DNA of 64,000 nt from Macrostomum lignano (taxonomy: Eukaryota), in the NCBI GenBank assembly GCA_002269645.1, contig NIVC01001599.1:18813-82812 (forward strand). Reading direction: 5' to 3'. The notes beneath the pieces are model-generated. The model was not told the origin of the DNA and did no database searches. It saw nothing but the letters and a program-made list of their open reading frames with translations. Below are positions 11,980-25,099 of this stretch, piece by piece. The first letter of the stretch is position 1; each line of letters opens with the position of its first letter. Position numbers and translations under genes: made by a program.

Positions 11980-14900
11980 TAATATATGTTGTTGTATTGC
12001 TATTTTGTGTCGAAAAATATACGTCTGTTTAAAAATGCAATTGCATTTTTATGTTTACGTCAACTACATGTAAATGTGTATGCCAGTGTGCACATTTTTA
12101 ATTCCCAAGTCGATCATACTTGTATTTTTTGAGCCAACAAAGCCTAAAAAATTCTTCAAAGTTTTCCTAACTATTGTACAGCACCGCATATGCAGTAGAC
12201 ATATGATACATCTACCATGACTGTCAATGTCTGTCAATCCAACCTTATATACATGCTTGTACATGTGCCAAATTGTATTTTTTTAATGTTACATGTAGCA
12301 CTATAGCTTAGCTACCGATTCATCTTCACCCAGCACAACTCCTGGGGAAGAGGTCGGCTTCTTGTTCTAAAGTGACCTTCATTTTTATTATATTTTTTGC
12401 GCTCTCAAAAGTCCGACTTACTGGAACTCTAAAAAGACCATTGCGTGAGCCCGCATGCGCCTTTCAGCAGTTTAAACAAAAATTCACAGTTCTCATTTAT
12501 ATGAGTGATAAAATCAACGTAAATCCATAAAATATCTTGTAAAAGTTACAATTTATTACTTTGCTTTGGGTAAAAATGTGAATTTAATATTTTCATATTC
12601 ATGGGGAATTTTTAACTTAAGGAGACGATGCCAATTTTTAGATCCTTGTTAACTGTTGTTCAACTACATATCCGTGTGCCAATTATTTCAAAGGCTGTAT
12701 AAATTCTTTAACGGCTAAATGCTGAATCAATAAATCAAAGTAATTTGAACCTTATAGTATAACACTTTATGCCAACCTCATCTCATCTGAATCGTCTACT
12801 GATTTATTTAAATTCAATTTATTCAGTTGTCATCACCTTACCTAAAGTAAAGACCAATTTTCTAGCCTCCTAGCTCCAAAGCATAAAGCAAGCACAAAGT
12901 AGTTAGCTACTTTGCTAATTAAGCTATATTTAATCCAGGCTTTCTATATTGAAAACTTGAAAATGCATTAAGTATGGATGATGTAGGCCTGATTTTTTAA
13001 GTAAAATTTAGAAGCCTGATGGCGATGCTTTAAAGCAGAAGTTATGAGTATGATTTTTGTTTGTTGCATTATCCTTCTGAATAATTTTCAGACAGTCACT
13101 TTAAAATTATTGAAAAAGCTATTGCTAATCTAGTAAGCCTATTGTAATTTTTAAACTAGAATTTCATCAACATGTATACTATATTATATATATAGTGATC
13201 ATCCCATTTGGCATTAATACTGAATATTATTTGTTAGTATCTCATAATCTTTTACTATACTCCATTGCCATTTTATAGACTATAAAATCTAATATGAAAA
13301 AATAAATTTATAAGTTGCAATTTTGTAATAATAAAATATATTAAAATGAAATAATAGATAAAATAAAAAGTTTCAGTAAGGCATAACTGCCATTGAGTTT
13401 CACTACTACAAATTTTTTTTTCTTTGACCTAATCTATATCCAATCCATAGGTGTACCTAGATTTTTCTTATAATAGTCTGACTACTATGAATATCCATAG
13501 TTAATTAATATCCCTAGGCTATAACCTATAACTTGATATCAATAATTGAACTTATTACTTATTAATAATGTCTCATTTAATTACCTTAATATATAAGAAG
13601 AATGTCTAAACTTGTATTGTTTGAACACCTGACCCTAGGGACTTTAGAGTTCCCTTCTTAAAAGCTACTGGCAAAATTTATTCATTTCTATTGCTTTACC
13701 ACCGTCTGCCGAAGTGGCCACCATGTTGCTACTATTGCGCGTTCAGGGACGCCAACACGCACAGCCACTTTGCTAGCACTTTCATCACTGCACTTGGTGG
13801 CAAGCGTGGAGGTGCTTAGTACGCGGAGGTATGCACTGCAGTTTGAGCCACCGCGGAACAAGCAGTCCTGCTAATGCGACCAGCCTAGAGAGAGCAGCCG
13901 GTATGGCGAGCCGACCCCGCAATTTGGCAAGCGAGGGAAGAGCTGGAGAGACACCGTTTGAGCAGGCGACCAACACGCGAGGCAGAGGAGGCTCTGCTGC
14001 TGGGCCCGATACCAGAGGCCGCGTGGCCTGGTCGGCTATCAATGCTCTGACAGGGCGAAAGCGGCGCATTCCGCTAAACCTGGCAGGCGACTCTGCGGAC
14101 GAGCGCAGGAACGAGCTGCGTGAGTTCTTCGACGCCGTTGTCAACGCGCCGCCACCCCCGCTGCCAGACAGTCTGACGCTGCCGCCGGAGATGTCGTTGC
14201 CGGCAAAGGAGAGCTTCAGCCTAGCACCAGTCAGCACAGCCGACGTTGTGAGGTTCGCCCAACAGTCACCGGGCGGGAAAGCGCTGGGTCCGGACGAGGT
14301 GCCCATCGAGGCGCTGCGCATCCACTGTGTGGCCAGTGGGGTCGCCAGCGTGATGAACTGCGTGCTTTTCGGTGAGGCGGCACCCAACGAATGGACCACG
14401 GCGCACATCGTCGCAGTTCCAAAGAAGCCGGGCACCACGAGGCTTGAGGAGCACCAAGGCATCTGTCTGCAGTCCTGTGCTGCGAAGTTGTTCAACCGGT
14501 TGCTGTTATCGCGGTTGCAGCCCGTGCTGGATCCGTACCTGCGTCCTGAGCAGAACGGCTTCCGGCCCCATCGCGGCACAGTGACGCAGATCCTGGCTCT
14601 TCGGCGAGTCATCGAGAAAGCACGGATACGTCAGTCGATCCTGATTGTTATCTTTATAGATTTCAAGAAGGCATTCGACTCGGTCGTCAGGTCTGTGCTC
14701 CCAAAGGTGCTCCGTGCGTACAACGTGCCAGAGCAGCTGATTTCCGCCATCATGGCGATGTACCGTGATACGAAAGCTGCTGTTTCAACACCAGACGGCC
14801 TATCGGACTTCTTTGAGACATTTTCCGGGGTGCTTCAGGGAGATACGCTTGCGCCGTTCCTGTTCGTTCTGGTGCTTGACTGGGTGCTGCGGACCGCTCT

Positions 14901-15569
14901 TCCTACCAACGATGACGGCTTTCTGTTACGGCGACGCGTCGGTCGACGTCAACCGGAGAGGCGGCTCAGCGTGCTTGGCTACGCCGACGACCTCGCCTTG
15001 CTGTCCTCAACTGTCGAGGGCGCCCAGCGACAACTGGACAAGCTAGATGATGTTGCGGCGAGTGTCGGCCTGGTGGTCAACACGCAGAAGACCATCGTGC
15101 TCTGCGTGCCAGACGACATCGAGGCAGCGATTTTGTGCCGAGGCGCTGATGGACAGGCGACAGAGCTTCCGCGTTGTCAGCAGTTCGTCTACCTCGGCAA
15201 TCTAGTTCCCGGTGTCCGCGAGGATTTGCGGCGTCGCCGCGGGCTCGCCTGGGCTGCCTTTCGTTCTGTGAGGGCAGCCCTGCAGTCCGAGGCCTTACCT
15301 GACCGCCAGAGGGCGGCGTTGTTCCAGGCGGTGATCGATACCGTCCTGCTGTACAACGCCGAGTCGCTGACGGAGTCGCTCGAGCAGCAAGTTGACGCGG
15401 CGCACGCTGGCCTGCTGCGCGCCGCCTTCAAAATCGGCGACAAGCGAGTGACCAACGCGGCTTTGTATCGCCGCGCCGGCCTGGTCCGTCCAAGCGACCT
15501 GCTGCGCCGTCGGCGACTCCAGCTGGCAGGCCACATCATCCGTGCCGAGTCGAACTGCCCAGAGCCGGT

Positions 15570-15956
15570 TCTTCTTCATTCTTCTTCTTCATCTTCGGGT
15601 CACGGACATTGTAGCTAGACGATGTAGCTAATAGGACCGGGTGCCTAGCACCATGCAGTCGGGGCGCTGACTCCGCGTGGGCGGACAGTAGATGGTAAAA
15701 TCCAATTTGCGGCCTGCGGCGGGTGGCCAGAAAGCAAGGGAACCCGAGTCCCGGTGCGCAGGGCTCCTCCGCAGACCGACTTACGCTGTAAAAAGCGCCA
15801 CCCACCGCCAACCTAATGGTGAGGGACAGCTCCAGGCTGCATACCCGGAGGTGAGACCAATTCGTCACCCCGTCGATGGCAGGGACGGACGGAGCTCCTG
15901 CCACATTGGCGGGGTGTCCAGGGGCGCGACGTGGATGCTGGTCTCGTGCCACCCCC
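15570..15956 (-). mobile_element. 387-bp non-autonomous retroelement nested antisense in the LINE
   Basis: TSD AGAGCCGGT (15561-15569 and 15957-15965); (GAA)n-type tail on the minus strand at about 15570-15595; no ORF of note. Confidence 0.88.
15853..15956 (-). ncRNA. HDV-like self-cleaving ribozyme (nested double pseudoknot)
   Basis: P1 GGGGGU/GCCCCU, P2 GAGACCA/UGGUCUC, P3 GCA/CGC (one mismatch), L3 UCCACGU, P1.1 CC/GG, P4 CACCCCG/CGGGGUG, J4/2 ACGAAU with catalytic-type C at 15864; G1 coincides with the 5' end of the element. Confidence 0.85.
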
Positions 15957-16399
15957 AGAGCCGGTGCAGGTGCTGCTGCTGACGCTGCAGGCACCCTACC
16001 GGCGGGGACAGGAGCGCGCCCTGTGACGCTAACCTGCGTATTCTATTGTTGTTGTTGTTGTTGTATTGCTTTACCCTTCAAGCATAAAATCAATGGCTCT
16101 AATAGTCTTTTAGTGGCCAATAATATTAAACACAGGAACTGTATATCTTCTTGCAACTTTCCATAGCCATACCTGCTGCTATGGTAGAGTCAAATATATT
16201 ATCAAATAATTATACTCTTTAAATACGAATAATAGGCCTATATCAGTTCTCTAAATTAAAACTGCAATTAGCTATGGAGTTATATCATTATGCTTAGATT
16301 TTATTTTTGTATAAAAATGTGTCATCTATAAGCAGACAAAGCCATTATTGGGCCTGACAGATTCTATTGAAAATAATACAATGATTTCAGCCAACAGTC

Positions 16400-17644
16400 A
16401 TGGCATCTGAAGACAATTACTATGCCATCCTTGAGATCAACCCAGACGCTTCTGAGGCTGAGGTGCGCAAAGCCTACAGGCAAATGGCACTTCGCTGGCA
16501 CCCAGACAAGAATCAGACAAATCCTGATGAGGCTGAACGCCGGTTCAAACTCATCAGCGAGGCCTACGAGGTATTGAAAATTCACGTTGATATATGTATG
16601 TTTTGCTATTATAATTAATCATCGCTTGACTCTACTGCTCTCAGTAGAAAAATTAGCACACGATAGAATTTTTATCAGAATACGTTATATTACTAATAAT
16701 AGTTGCTTGACTCTACTTTTGTCAGTAGAAAAATTAGCACACTACAGTTATTTTTTAAGAAATAAGAAATAATCCGACCAAATATCTGCCAGGTTCTGTC
16801 CGACCCGGAGAAGCGGCGAATCTACGATTTCTACGGCAAGGAAGGCCTCGCTGAGGCGGCGGCGGCTGAAGAGGGTGAAACCAGGGCAGACGATTTCTTC
16901 CGCCGTCAGCAACAGCAGCAGCAGCAGCGCCAGCAGCAGCGACAGCAACGCAGCTATCAGCCGCGCCACGACAGAGATTGGTACGACCAGCATCAGTATC
17001 ATTTCCGCGATCCACGCGACGTATTTCGCGACTTTTTTGGGCCGAGCGACCCGTTCTCGCGCATTTTCAACCCGGACCCGTTCAAGGTAAGAACAGCAAC
17101 AATGTGATACGTGATATCGGATTAGTCGTAAGAATACTGCACAAATCCTCATTTTTCTACTTAGAAACTCTATATAAGTAGAGTGTTGCAGATATTCTTC
17201 ATATTTTTTAATTGGCATTGTCGGTTAAATTTCCAACCAACCCATCAGACGCTAGAGGAGTCGATGCGCGACATCGGCGACCGGCACCGCGCCAGCAACA
17301 ACATCGGAGGGCCCGGCAGCAACTTCTTTAACTTCGCCAACTTCAACCAGCACACCGGCGCCGGCTTTGCCTCGTCGTCCAATACGGCCGGCGCAGGCCG
17401 GTCGTCTAGAAACGCAGCCAGCAGCGGCCGAGGCGGCAGTCAGCGGTTCGCGCCGCTGCACTCCACCCGGGTGACGCAGACCTTCACAAACACGCGCGAT
17501 GGCAGGCGGGTGGTGGTGCACAAGGTGGTGGAGAACGGGGTGGAGACGGTCACTGAGACTGTGGACGGCCGGGTGACGAAGAAAACAGTGGACGGCCGTC
17601 TTGTCGCTGGCGGTGACCAGCAGCCGAGCATCCGGGTCAAGTGA
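16400..17644 (+). CDS. DNAJB6: DnaJ homolog subfamily B member 6-like co-chaperone, 286 aa; exons 16400-16570, 16793-17086, 17249-17644
   Basis: J-domain with HPD ([33 protein letters not shown]), [12 protein letters not shown] motif, DNAJB6-type C-terminal VVENGVETV; GT-AG phase-0 introns. Confidence 0.88.
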
Positions 17645-17819
17645 CCTCCCACTGGGAGTTCAGAGTTGAATCGGGCCTGATCAGTTTTTCCTTGAACTCG
17701 ACAAAGCGGCACTGCGGTATTAAAATCATAATTTCGAGCGTACTGCTCCTTAACCACTGAGAATTGCCCATAACCCCAAAAATCGTCTTTAAGATACCGA
17801 TAATCGCCCATACCACAGA

Positions 17820-18280
17820 TACTAAAATAACTAGATGGGCAACTCGGGCATATATACTTAGTAAAACAGCTTTCTACTTTCAGTGCAGTAGCAAAGAAGA
17901 ATACATAAGCTATTTTATAAAAATAAAGGCAGCTGAAATGACGTTGATAAGTTTAGAAGCCCAAAGCTTACAGGCGTAAACAACTTGCTAATTGGTCCAG
18001 CCATAATGTACATTTAGCCAGTCCACTGAAATGTACATGGCAGCTTTAGGCTGGAATTCCGAGAAAGGCAATAAAAATTGGGGCGGGGCGGGTGTAGTGT
18101 GGAAAGGCGCGTTTGGAGGGTGTTTTAAGCTGGAGAGGGGGCGGTTAGATCCAATAAATGACCCTTGGCTTTAAAAATGCTTCTGTTTTAGCTTCTGTTG
18201 CTAAAAAAGTTTAACTTACTACTGAACTGAAAGTAGCTTACACGCATATGTGCTGAGTGACCCATCTAATTATTCTAGTA
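17820..18280. mobile_element. MITE-like element with about 65-bp degenerate TIRs; relatives at 36850-37080 and 42255-42510
   Basis: TACTAAAATAACTAGATGGG..CTACTTTCAGTGCAGTAG is the inverse of CTACTGAACTGAAAGTAG..CCCATCTAATTATTCTAGTA. Confidence 0.65.
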
Positions 18281-18283
18281 CTT

Positions 18284-20398
18284 GCGCCTATAACGCACTG
18301 AGAATCGCCCATAACACACTGAACATCGCCATAACACACTGAGAATCGTTCATAACAGATAATCGCCCATAGGCCATAACACACTGAGAATCGTTCATAA
18401 CACACAGATATAATCGCCCATAGGCCATAGCACACTGAGAATCGTTCATAACACACAGATAATCGCCCATAGGCCATAGCACACTGAGAATCGTTCATAA
18501 CACACAGATAATCGCCCATAGGCCATAGCACACTGAGAATCGTTCATAACACACAGATAATCGCCCATAGGCCATAACACACTGAGAATCGTTCATAACA
18601 CACAGATAATCGCCCATAGGCCATAGCACACTGAGAATCGTTCATAACACACAGATAATCGCCCATAGGCCATAGCACACTGAGAATCGTTCATAACACA
18701 CAGATAATCGCCCATAGGCCATAACACACTGAGAATCGTTCATAACACACAGATAATCGCCCATAGGCCATAGCACACTGAGAATCGTTCATAACACACA
18801 GATAATCGCCCATAGGCCATAACACACTGAGAATCGTTCATAACACACAGATAATCGCCCATAGGCCATAGCACACTGAGAATCGTTCATAACACACAGA
18901 TAATCGCCCATAGGCCATAGCACACTGAGAATCGTTCATAACACACAGATATCGCCCATAGGCCATAACACACTGAGAATCGTTCATAACACACAGATAA
19001 TCGCCCATAGGCCATAGCACACTGAGAATCGTTCATAACACACAGATAATCGCCCATAGGCCATAACACACTGAGAATCGTTCATAACACACAGATAATC
19101 GCCCATAGGCCATAACACACTGAGAATCGTTCATAACACACAGATAATCGCCCATAGGCCATAGCACACTGAGAATCGTTCATAACACACAGATAATCGC
19201 CCATAGGCCATAGCACACTGAGAATCGTTCATAACACACAGATAATCGCCCATAGGCCATAACACACTGAGAATCGTTCATAACACACAGATAATCGCCC
19301 ATAGACCATAACACACTGAGAATCGTTCATAACACACAGATAATCGCCCATAGGCCATAGCACACTGAGAATCGTTCATAACACACAGATAATCGCCCAT
19401 AGGCCATAACACACTGAGAATCGTTCATAACACACAGATAATCGCCCATAGGCCATAGCACACTGAGAATCGTTCATAACACACAGATAATCGCCCATAG
19501 GCCATAACACACTGAGAATCGTTCATAACACACAGATAATCGCCCATAGGCCATAACACACTGAGAATCGTTCATAACACAGATAATCGCCCATAGGCCA
19601 TAACACACTGAGAATCGTTCATAACACAGATAATCGCCTATAGGCCATAACACACTGAGAATCGTCCATAACACACTGAGAATCGTCCATAACACACAGA
19701 TAATCGCCCATAGGCCATAACACACTGAGAATCGTTCATAACACACAGATAATCGCCCATAGGCCATAGCACACTGAGAATCGTTCATAACACACAGATA
19801 ATCGCCCATAGGCCATAACACACTGAGAATCGTTCATAACACACAGATAATCGCCCATAGGCCATAACACACTGAGAATCGTTCATAACACACAGATAAT
19901 CGCCCATAGGCCATAACACACTGAGAATCGTTCATAACACAGATAATCGCCCATAACACACATATATAATCGCCCATAGGCCATAGCACACTGAGAATCG
20001 TTCATAACACACAGATAATCGCCCATAGGCCATAACACACTGAGAATCGTTCATAACAGATAATCGCCCATAGGCCATAACACACTGAGAATCGTTCATA
20101 ACACACAGATAATCGCCCATAGGCCATAACACACTGAGAATCGTTCATAACACACAGATAATCGCCCATAGGCCATAACACACTGAGAATCGTTCATAAC
20201 ACAGATAATCGCCCATAGGCCATAACACACTGAGAATCGTTCATAACACAGATAATCGCCTATAGGCCATAACACACGGAGAATCGTTCATAACACAGAT
20301 AATCGCCCATAGGCCATAACACACTGAGAATCGTTCATAACACAGATAATCGCCTATAGGCCATAACACACGGAGAATCGTCCATAACACACAGATAA
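18284..20398. repeat. 49-bp minisatellite, about 43 copies
   Basis: Unit CACACTGAGAATCGTTCATAACACACAGATAATCGCCCATAGGCCATAA; 49-bp period seen directly. Confidence 0.95.
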
Positions 20399-20861
20399 TG
20401 ACAATTTTGACGACCCGAGAATTGATTATCCATTAATTCGATTTGCGGAAGCCAAAATTTCAATTTTTTTCCAGTGCTAATTTTCAGTTAAAAATATTTG
20501 TAATAATTATTTGTGCAGTTGCTACCGTGCTCCATAAATGCAGATATCAAAACGATTTGATTTTTTTCCTGTAAAGTGTTTTTTTCTAATGCTATTTAGT
20601 ATTCACCCATCATTTAAAATGACGACCCTGTGATGGAGCCGCAGGCTTTGATCAAGTATTATCTAGAACATTTCATTTCCTAGCTTTTCATTCCAGTTAC
20701 AAGTTAAATCAGCTTGTCACCCATTAAATATAATATATTTGAAATCTGTATCCAAGATACCTGCATTAAACCGGAAAATATTTTATTTAATTCAATAGTA
20801 GCTTGCAAACTATCTTTGCTGATTTTCAGTACATGTACACTGCCCTAACAACTGCCAAGGC

Positions 20862-22310
20862 TACTCAGAACCTGGAGTGCCAAGGGATCAATTCAGCATC
20901 TGGAGTGCCAAGGCAATTTAGAATCTGGGAATTCAGCACCACTTGGAGTACCAAGGCAATTCAGCACCTGGAGTGCCAAGGGAATTCAGCACTTGGAGTG
21001 CCAAGGGATTCAGCACCACTTGGAGTACTAAGGCAATTCAGCACCTGGAGTGCCAAGGGAATTCAGCACTTGGAGTGCCAAGGCAATTCAGCACCTGGAG
21101 TGCCAAGGGTATTCAGCACCTGGAGTACCAAGGCAATTCAGCATCTGGAGTGCCAAGGAAATTTAGAATCTGGAGTGCCAAGGCAACTCAGCATCTGGAG
21201 TGCCAAGGAAATTTAGAATCTGGAGTGCCAAGGCAATTCAGCATCTGGAGTGCCAAGGAAATTTAGAATCTGGAGTGCCAAGGCAATTCAGCATCTGGAG
21301 TGCCAAGGAAATTTAGAATCTGGAGTGCCAAGGCAACTCAGCATCTGGAGTGCCAAGGAAATTTAGAATCTGGAGTGCCAAGGCAATTCAGCATCTGGAG
21401 TGCCAAGGAAATTTAGAATCTGGAGTGCCAAGGCAATTCAGCATCTGGAGTGCCAAGGAAATTTAGAATCTGGAGTGCCAGGGCAATTTAGCATCTGGAG
21501 TGCCAAGGCAATTCAGCATCTGGAGTGCCAAGGAAATTTAGCATCTGGAGTGCCAAGGCAATTCAGCATCTGGAGTGCCAAGGAAATTTAGAATCTGGAG
21601 TGCCAAGGCAATTCAGCATCTGGAGTGCCAAGGAAATTTAGAATCTGGAGTGCCAGGGCAATTTAGCATCTGGAGTGCCAAGGCAATTCAGCATCTGGAG
21701 TGCCAAGGAAATTTAGAATCTGGAGTGCCAAGGCAATTCAGCATCTGGAGTGCCAAGGAAATTTAGAATCTGGAGTGCCAGGGCAATTTAGCATCTGGAG
21801 TGCCAAGGCAATTCAGCATCTGGAGTGCCAAGGAAATTTAGCATCTGGAGTGCCAAGGCAATTCAGCATCTGGAGTGCCAAGGAAATTTAGAATCTGGAG
21901 TGCCAAGGCAATTCAGCATCTGGAGTGCCAAGGAAATTTAGAATCTGGAGTGCCAGGGCAATTTAGCATCTGGAGTGCCAAGGCAATTCAGCATCTGGAG
22001 TGCCAAGGAAATTTAGCATCTGGAGTGCCAAGGCAATTCAGCATCTGGAGTGCCAAGGAAATTTAGAATCTGGAGTGCCAAGGCAATTCAGCATCTGGAG
22101 TGCCAAGGCAATTTAGCATCTGGAGTGCCAAGGCAATTCAGCATCTGGAGTGCCAAGGCAATTTAGAATCTGGAGTGCCAAGGGAATTCAGCATCTGGAG
22201 TGCCAAGGCAATTTAGAATCTGGAGTGCCAAGGCAATTCAGCATCTGGAGTGCCAAGGCAATTTAGAATCTGGAGTGCCAAGGGAATTCAACACCACTTG
22301 GAGTGCCAAG
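20862..22310. repeat. 25-bp minisatellite with higher-order (50/175-bp) structure
   Basis: Unit GGAGTGCCAAGGCAATTCAGCATCT alternates with GGAGTGCCAAGGAAATTTAGAATCT and two further variants. Confidence 0.95.
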
Positions 22311-22943
22311 TGGTATCTGGGCTAGACTTGTATCTGCAACAATTGAGCAAACAATCCGAAAAAAGTAAAGGCGTGCTCAAGAAACCAGCCGGACTCCTGG
22401 CAGGCGTTCAATAAACAACAATATCAGGCTCAAGAAGTCCGTCACTCAGTTATACAATAATAACAACTGCAATGGACAAGGCTACACAGGACTCGTATAT
22501 TCAAGCAGCTATGAGACAATAGCGTGATTATTGCAACAATAAGCATTTCAATGTCAAGCAGCAGCATTAGAATAGGTGGTAAAGAAAACAAAGACAAAAG
22601 TTCATATCAACTCAAAATAACAAAAAAGGAACGGAGGAAAAGCAAAACAAGATTTAGAATAGAAGTGTAAAGAGAATAACAGTTCCATTGAAGTATTGCT
22701 TTGCAGTCAGCAATAAACCTGTCAAAAATGATGCAATCAGTTAAATTGAAACGGCGGTCTTTATTGCTCGAAGGTTCAATGAATCGTAAACCAAATAGTT
22801 TATTTACATAACAATTAAGAAGACATTGGAACTGGCCTTGCCAGCGTTAAATAACAGAAATACGAGTTAATGAGGACTTGCTGCAGTCTGCACTTTATTG
22901 TCAGAAACTGCAGGATTTACGAAGCACTTTTAAAACCACCCCA

Positions 22944-23305
22944 TACCTGCAGGGATAGATTAGCAATCCATTCTTTTCAATACCTGCAGGGATAGATTAG
23001 CAATCCATTCTTTTCAATACCTGCAGAAATAGATTAGCAATCCATTCTTTTCAATACCCGCAGGGATAGATTAGCAATCCATTCTTTTCAATACCTGCAG
23101 GGATAGATTAGCAATCCATTCTTTTCAATACCTGCAGGGATAGATTAGCAATCCATTCTTTTCAATACCTGCAGGGATAGATTAGCAATCCATTCTTTTC
23201 AATACCTGCAGGGATAGATTAGCAATCCATTCTATTCCCTAACTGCAGGGATAGATTAGCAATCCATTCTATTCCCTAACTGCAGGGATAGATTAGCAAT
23301 TCATT
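22944..23305. repeat. 37-bp minisatellite, about 10 copies
   Basis: Unit TACCTGCAGGGATAGATTAGCAATCCATTCTTTTCAA. Confidence 0.93.
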
Positions 23306-23489
23306 GCAGCACTTAACAAAATGCTACAATAAAAGTTGACTTGCACAGTTCAAATAAAACAATGTAACGCAACAAGATGTTAATCTTGAATAAGCAAGCA
23401 AAACAAACAGTTGGAGAGTGATTAGAATTAAGATGCGAGCGAGAACGTCTTCCCCTCCCCCCCAATCAAAGGAATCAAAGCTGAATGAG

Positions 23490-23624
23490 TTAATAATTGC
23501 CATTTCCGCTAGCTGTGTACCAAGCCGGGTAAGACTGCTGCTGGAGCTGCTGCTGGTGCACGTAGCCACCGGGGCCGCCGCCCCCGCGCGCCTTGCATGG
23601 GGCCGGTGGAACTGCTGCTGGTTG

Positions 23625-23656
<32 letters not shown>

Positions 23657-24937
23657 ATGCGGCTGGCGAGGCAAGTAGAAATTGCGGCCACCCCGGCTGC
23701 CGCTGAACGGAGGCCGGACCTTCTTTTCGTTCTCGTCGGCGAAGCGGATCTGCGCGGCAACGGGAGAACGCCGAAAGCATATATACAGTATAATATATAT
23801 GTACATGGTAAATTTCAGATCTCACATTCTAATCGTTAATCCTTTTAAATGCCTATGCCAGATTCCACACACCCATTTCAAATATCCCATATTTCATTCA
23901 GATCCCACATCCCAATGTAAAATCCATATCCCAATGTCAGATCCCAAATCATAATTTCAGATCCCAAATCCCAATTTCCGATCCCAAATCCCAATTTCCG
24001 ATCCCACATCCCAATTTCAGATCCCAAATCCCAATTTCAGATCCCATCCCAATTTCAGATCCAAATCCCAATTTCAGATTCTAAATCCCAATTTCAGATC
24101 CCACATCCCAATTTCAGATCCCAAATCCCAATTTCAGATCCCACATCCCAATTTCAGATCCCAAATCCCAATTTCAGATTCTAAATCCCAATTTCAGATC
24201 CCACATCCCAATTTCAGATCCCAAATCCCAATTTCAGATCCTAAATCCCAATTTCAGATCCCACATCCCAATTACAGATCCCGAATCCCAATGTCAGATC
24301 CCACATCCCAGTGTCAGATCCCCACATCCCAGTGTCAGATCCACATCCGTGTCAGACCACACATTCCAAGTTCAGATCCCACATCCCAATGTCACCTGCA
24401 CAAGCTGCTGTTCCGAGTTGGCAGCCGAGTCGCCAGATGCAGCAGGCCAGGGCCTGTTGTGCAGGGCATCCAGAGCGGCCTGGGCCGAGCTGTGAGTTTC
24501 GAACAAGCAGAAGCCGAGCAGACCGCGCGGAGCCACCGCCGGCTGCTGCTGCTGCCCTGCAACAAGCGGCAGTTAATAATCGGACCGAATCTTCCCAGCA
24601 CCTGTTGCAGAGCCTCCTCTGTGATGCCGAACGGCAGGCAGGAGATGTGCAGCTTGCAGTTTCTGGTCTCCTCGCTGCGCAGGCGGGCGAAGGCCACTTT
24701 AATAGTTTTCCTGCCCAGCTGGTGGCCGTTCAGGTTGTCTATGGCCCGGGCCGCGGCCTCGTGCGAGTTGTAGTCGCAGAAGCCGTAGCCGTAGCTGTAG
24801 CCTGTGGCGTTGTTGCGGCAGATCTTCACCGACTTCACGCCCGGAGCCAGAGAGTCGAACAGCTTATGGAGCTCGTCGTCTCTAAGCTCCTGCGGCAGGT
24901 AGTTCACGATTAGGTTCGTGTCGGAGTACTGAGCCAT
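23490..24937 (-). CDS. Sxl: Sex-lethal-like/ELAV-family 2xRRM RNA-binding protein, about 267 aa; exons 24937-24396 and 23749-23490; two apparent 1-nt deletions
   Basis: RRM1 TNLIVNYLPQ..TGYSYGYGFCDY..KVAFAR; RRM2 PRGLLGFCLF..AQAALDALHN lies in a shifted frame; QIRFADENEKK spans the splice; Q-rich tail; orthology to Sxl is inferred from motifs only. Confidence 0.75.
23935..24390. repeat. 20-bp minisatellite (ATCCCAAATCCCAATTTCAG) in the Sxl-like intron
   Basis: Seen directly; abuts the donor site at 24395. Confidence 0.93.
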
Positions 24938-25099
24938 GCCTCTGATTGGCTGCGTAGTCAACAGTGAGTGAGCCTTTAGCAGCGAGGATGGCGACAGCAT
25001 GAAATGTTGGATAGAATAGAGCAGCTTGCTTACTAGTGTGATTTGATTACCTGTGGCATCTCAGTTTTGGATCAGTGTTCAAGATTACAGAAGAGACTA

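Larger units (their letters stand above)
13831..16026 (+). pseudogene. Reverse transcriptase ORF of the LINE, disrupted (5' stops/frameshift; interrupted at 15570-15956)
   Basis: QNGFR..RGT, FIDFKKAFDSV, GVLQGDTLAPFLF, YADD; frame resumes after the nested insertion as PEPVQVLLLTLQAPYRRGQERAL*; no endonuclease domain. Confidence 0.9.
13701..16063 (+). mobile_element. 5'-truncated RTE-like non-LTR retrotransposon
   Basis: RT domain; (TTG)n tail about 16046-16063; 12-bp TSD TATTGCTTTACC at 13689-13700 and 16064-16075. Confidence 0.92.

Noticed and set aside
13785-14612. Long antisense or alternate-frame ORFs over GC-rich genes (also 51622-52296, 59007-59423, 61349-62212)
   Set aside because: Shadow ORFs expected from high GC3; no motifs
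16620-16745. About 81-bp-spaced duplication in DNAJB6 intron 1
   Set aside because: Ordinary two-copy duplication with no sign of function
18284-22310. CRISPR-like regular repeats
   Set aside because: Units are contiguous with no unique spacers and no cas genes; the context is eukaryotic. The same holds for 22944-23305 and 37795-40015
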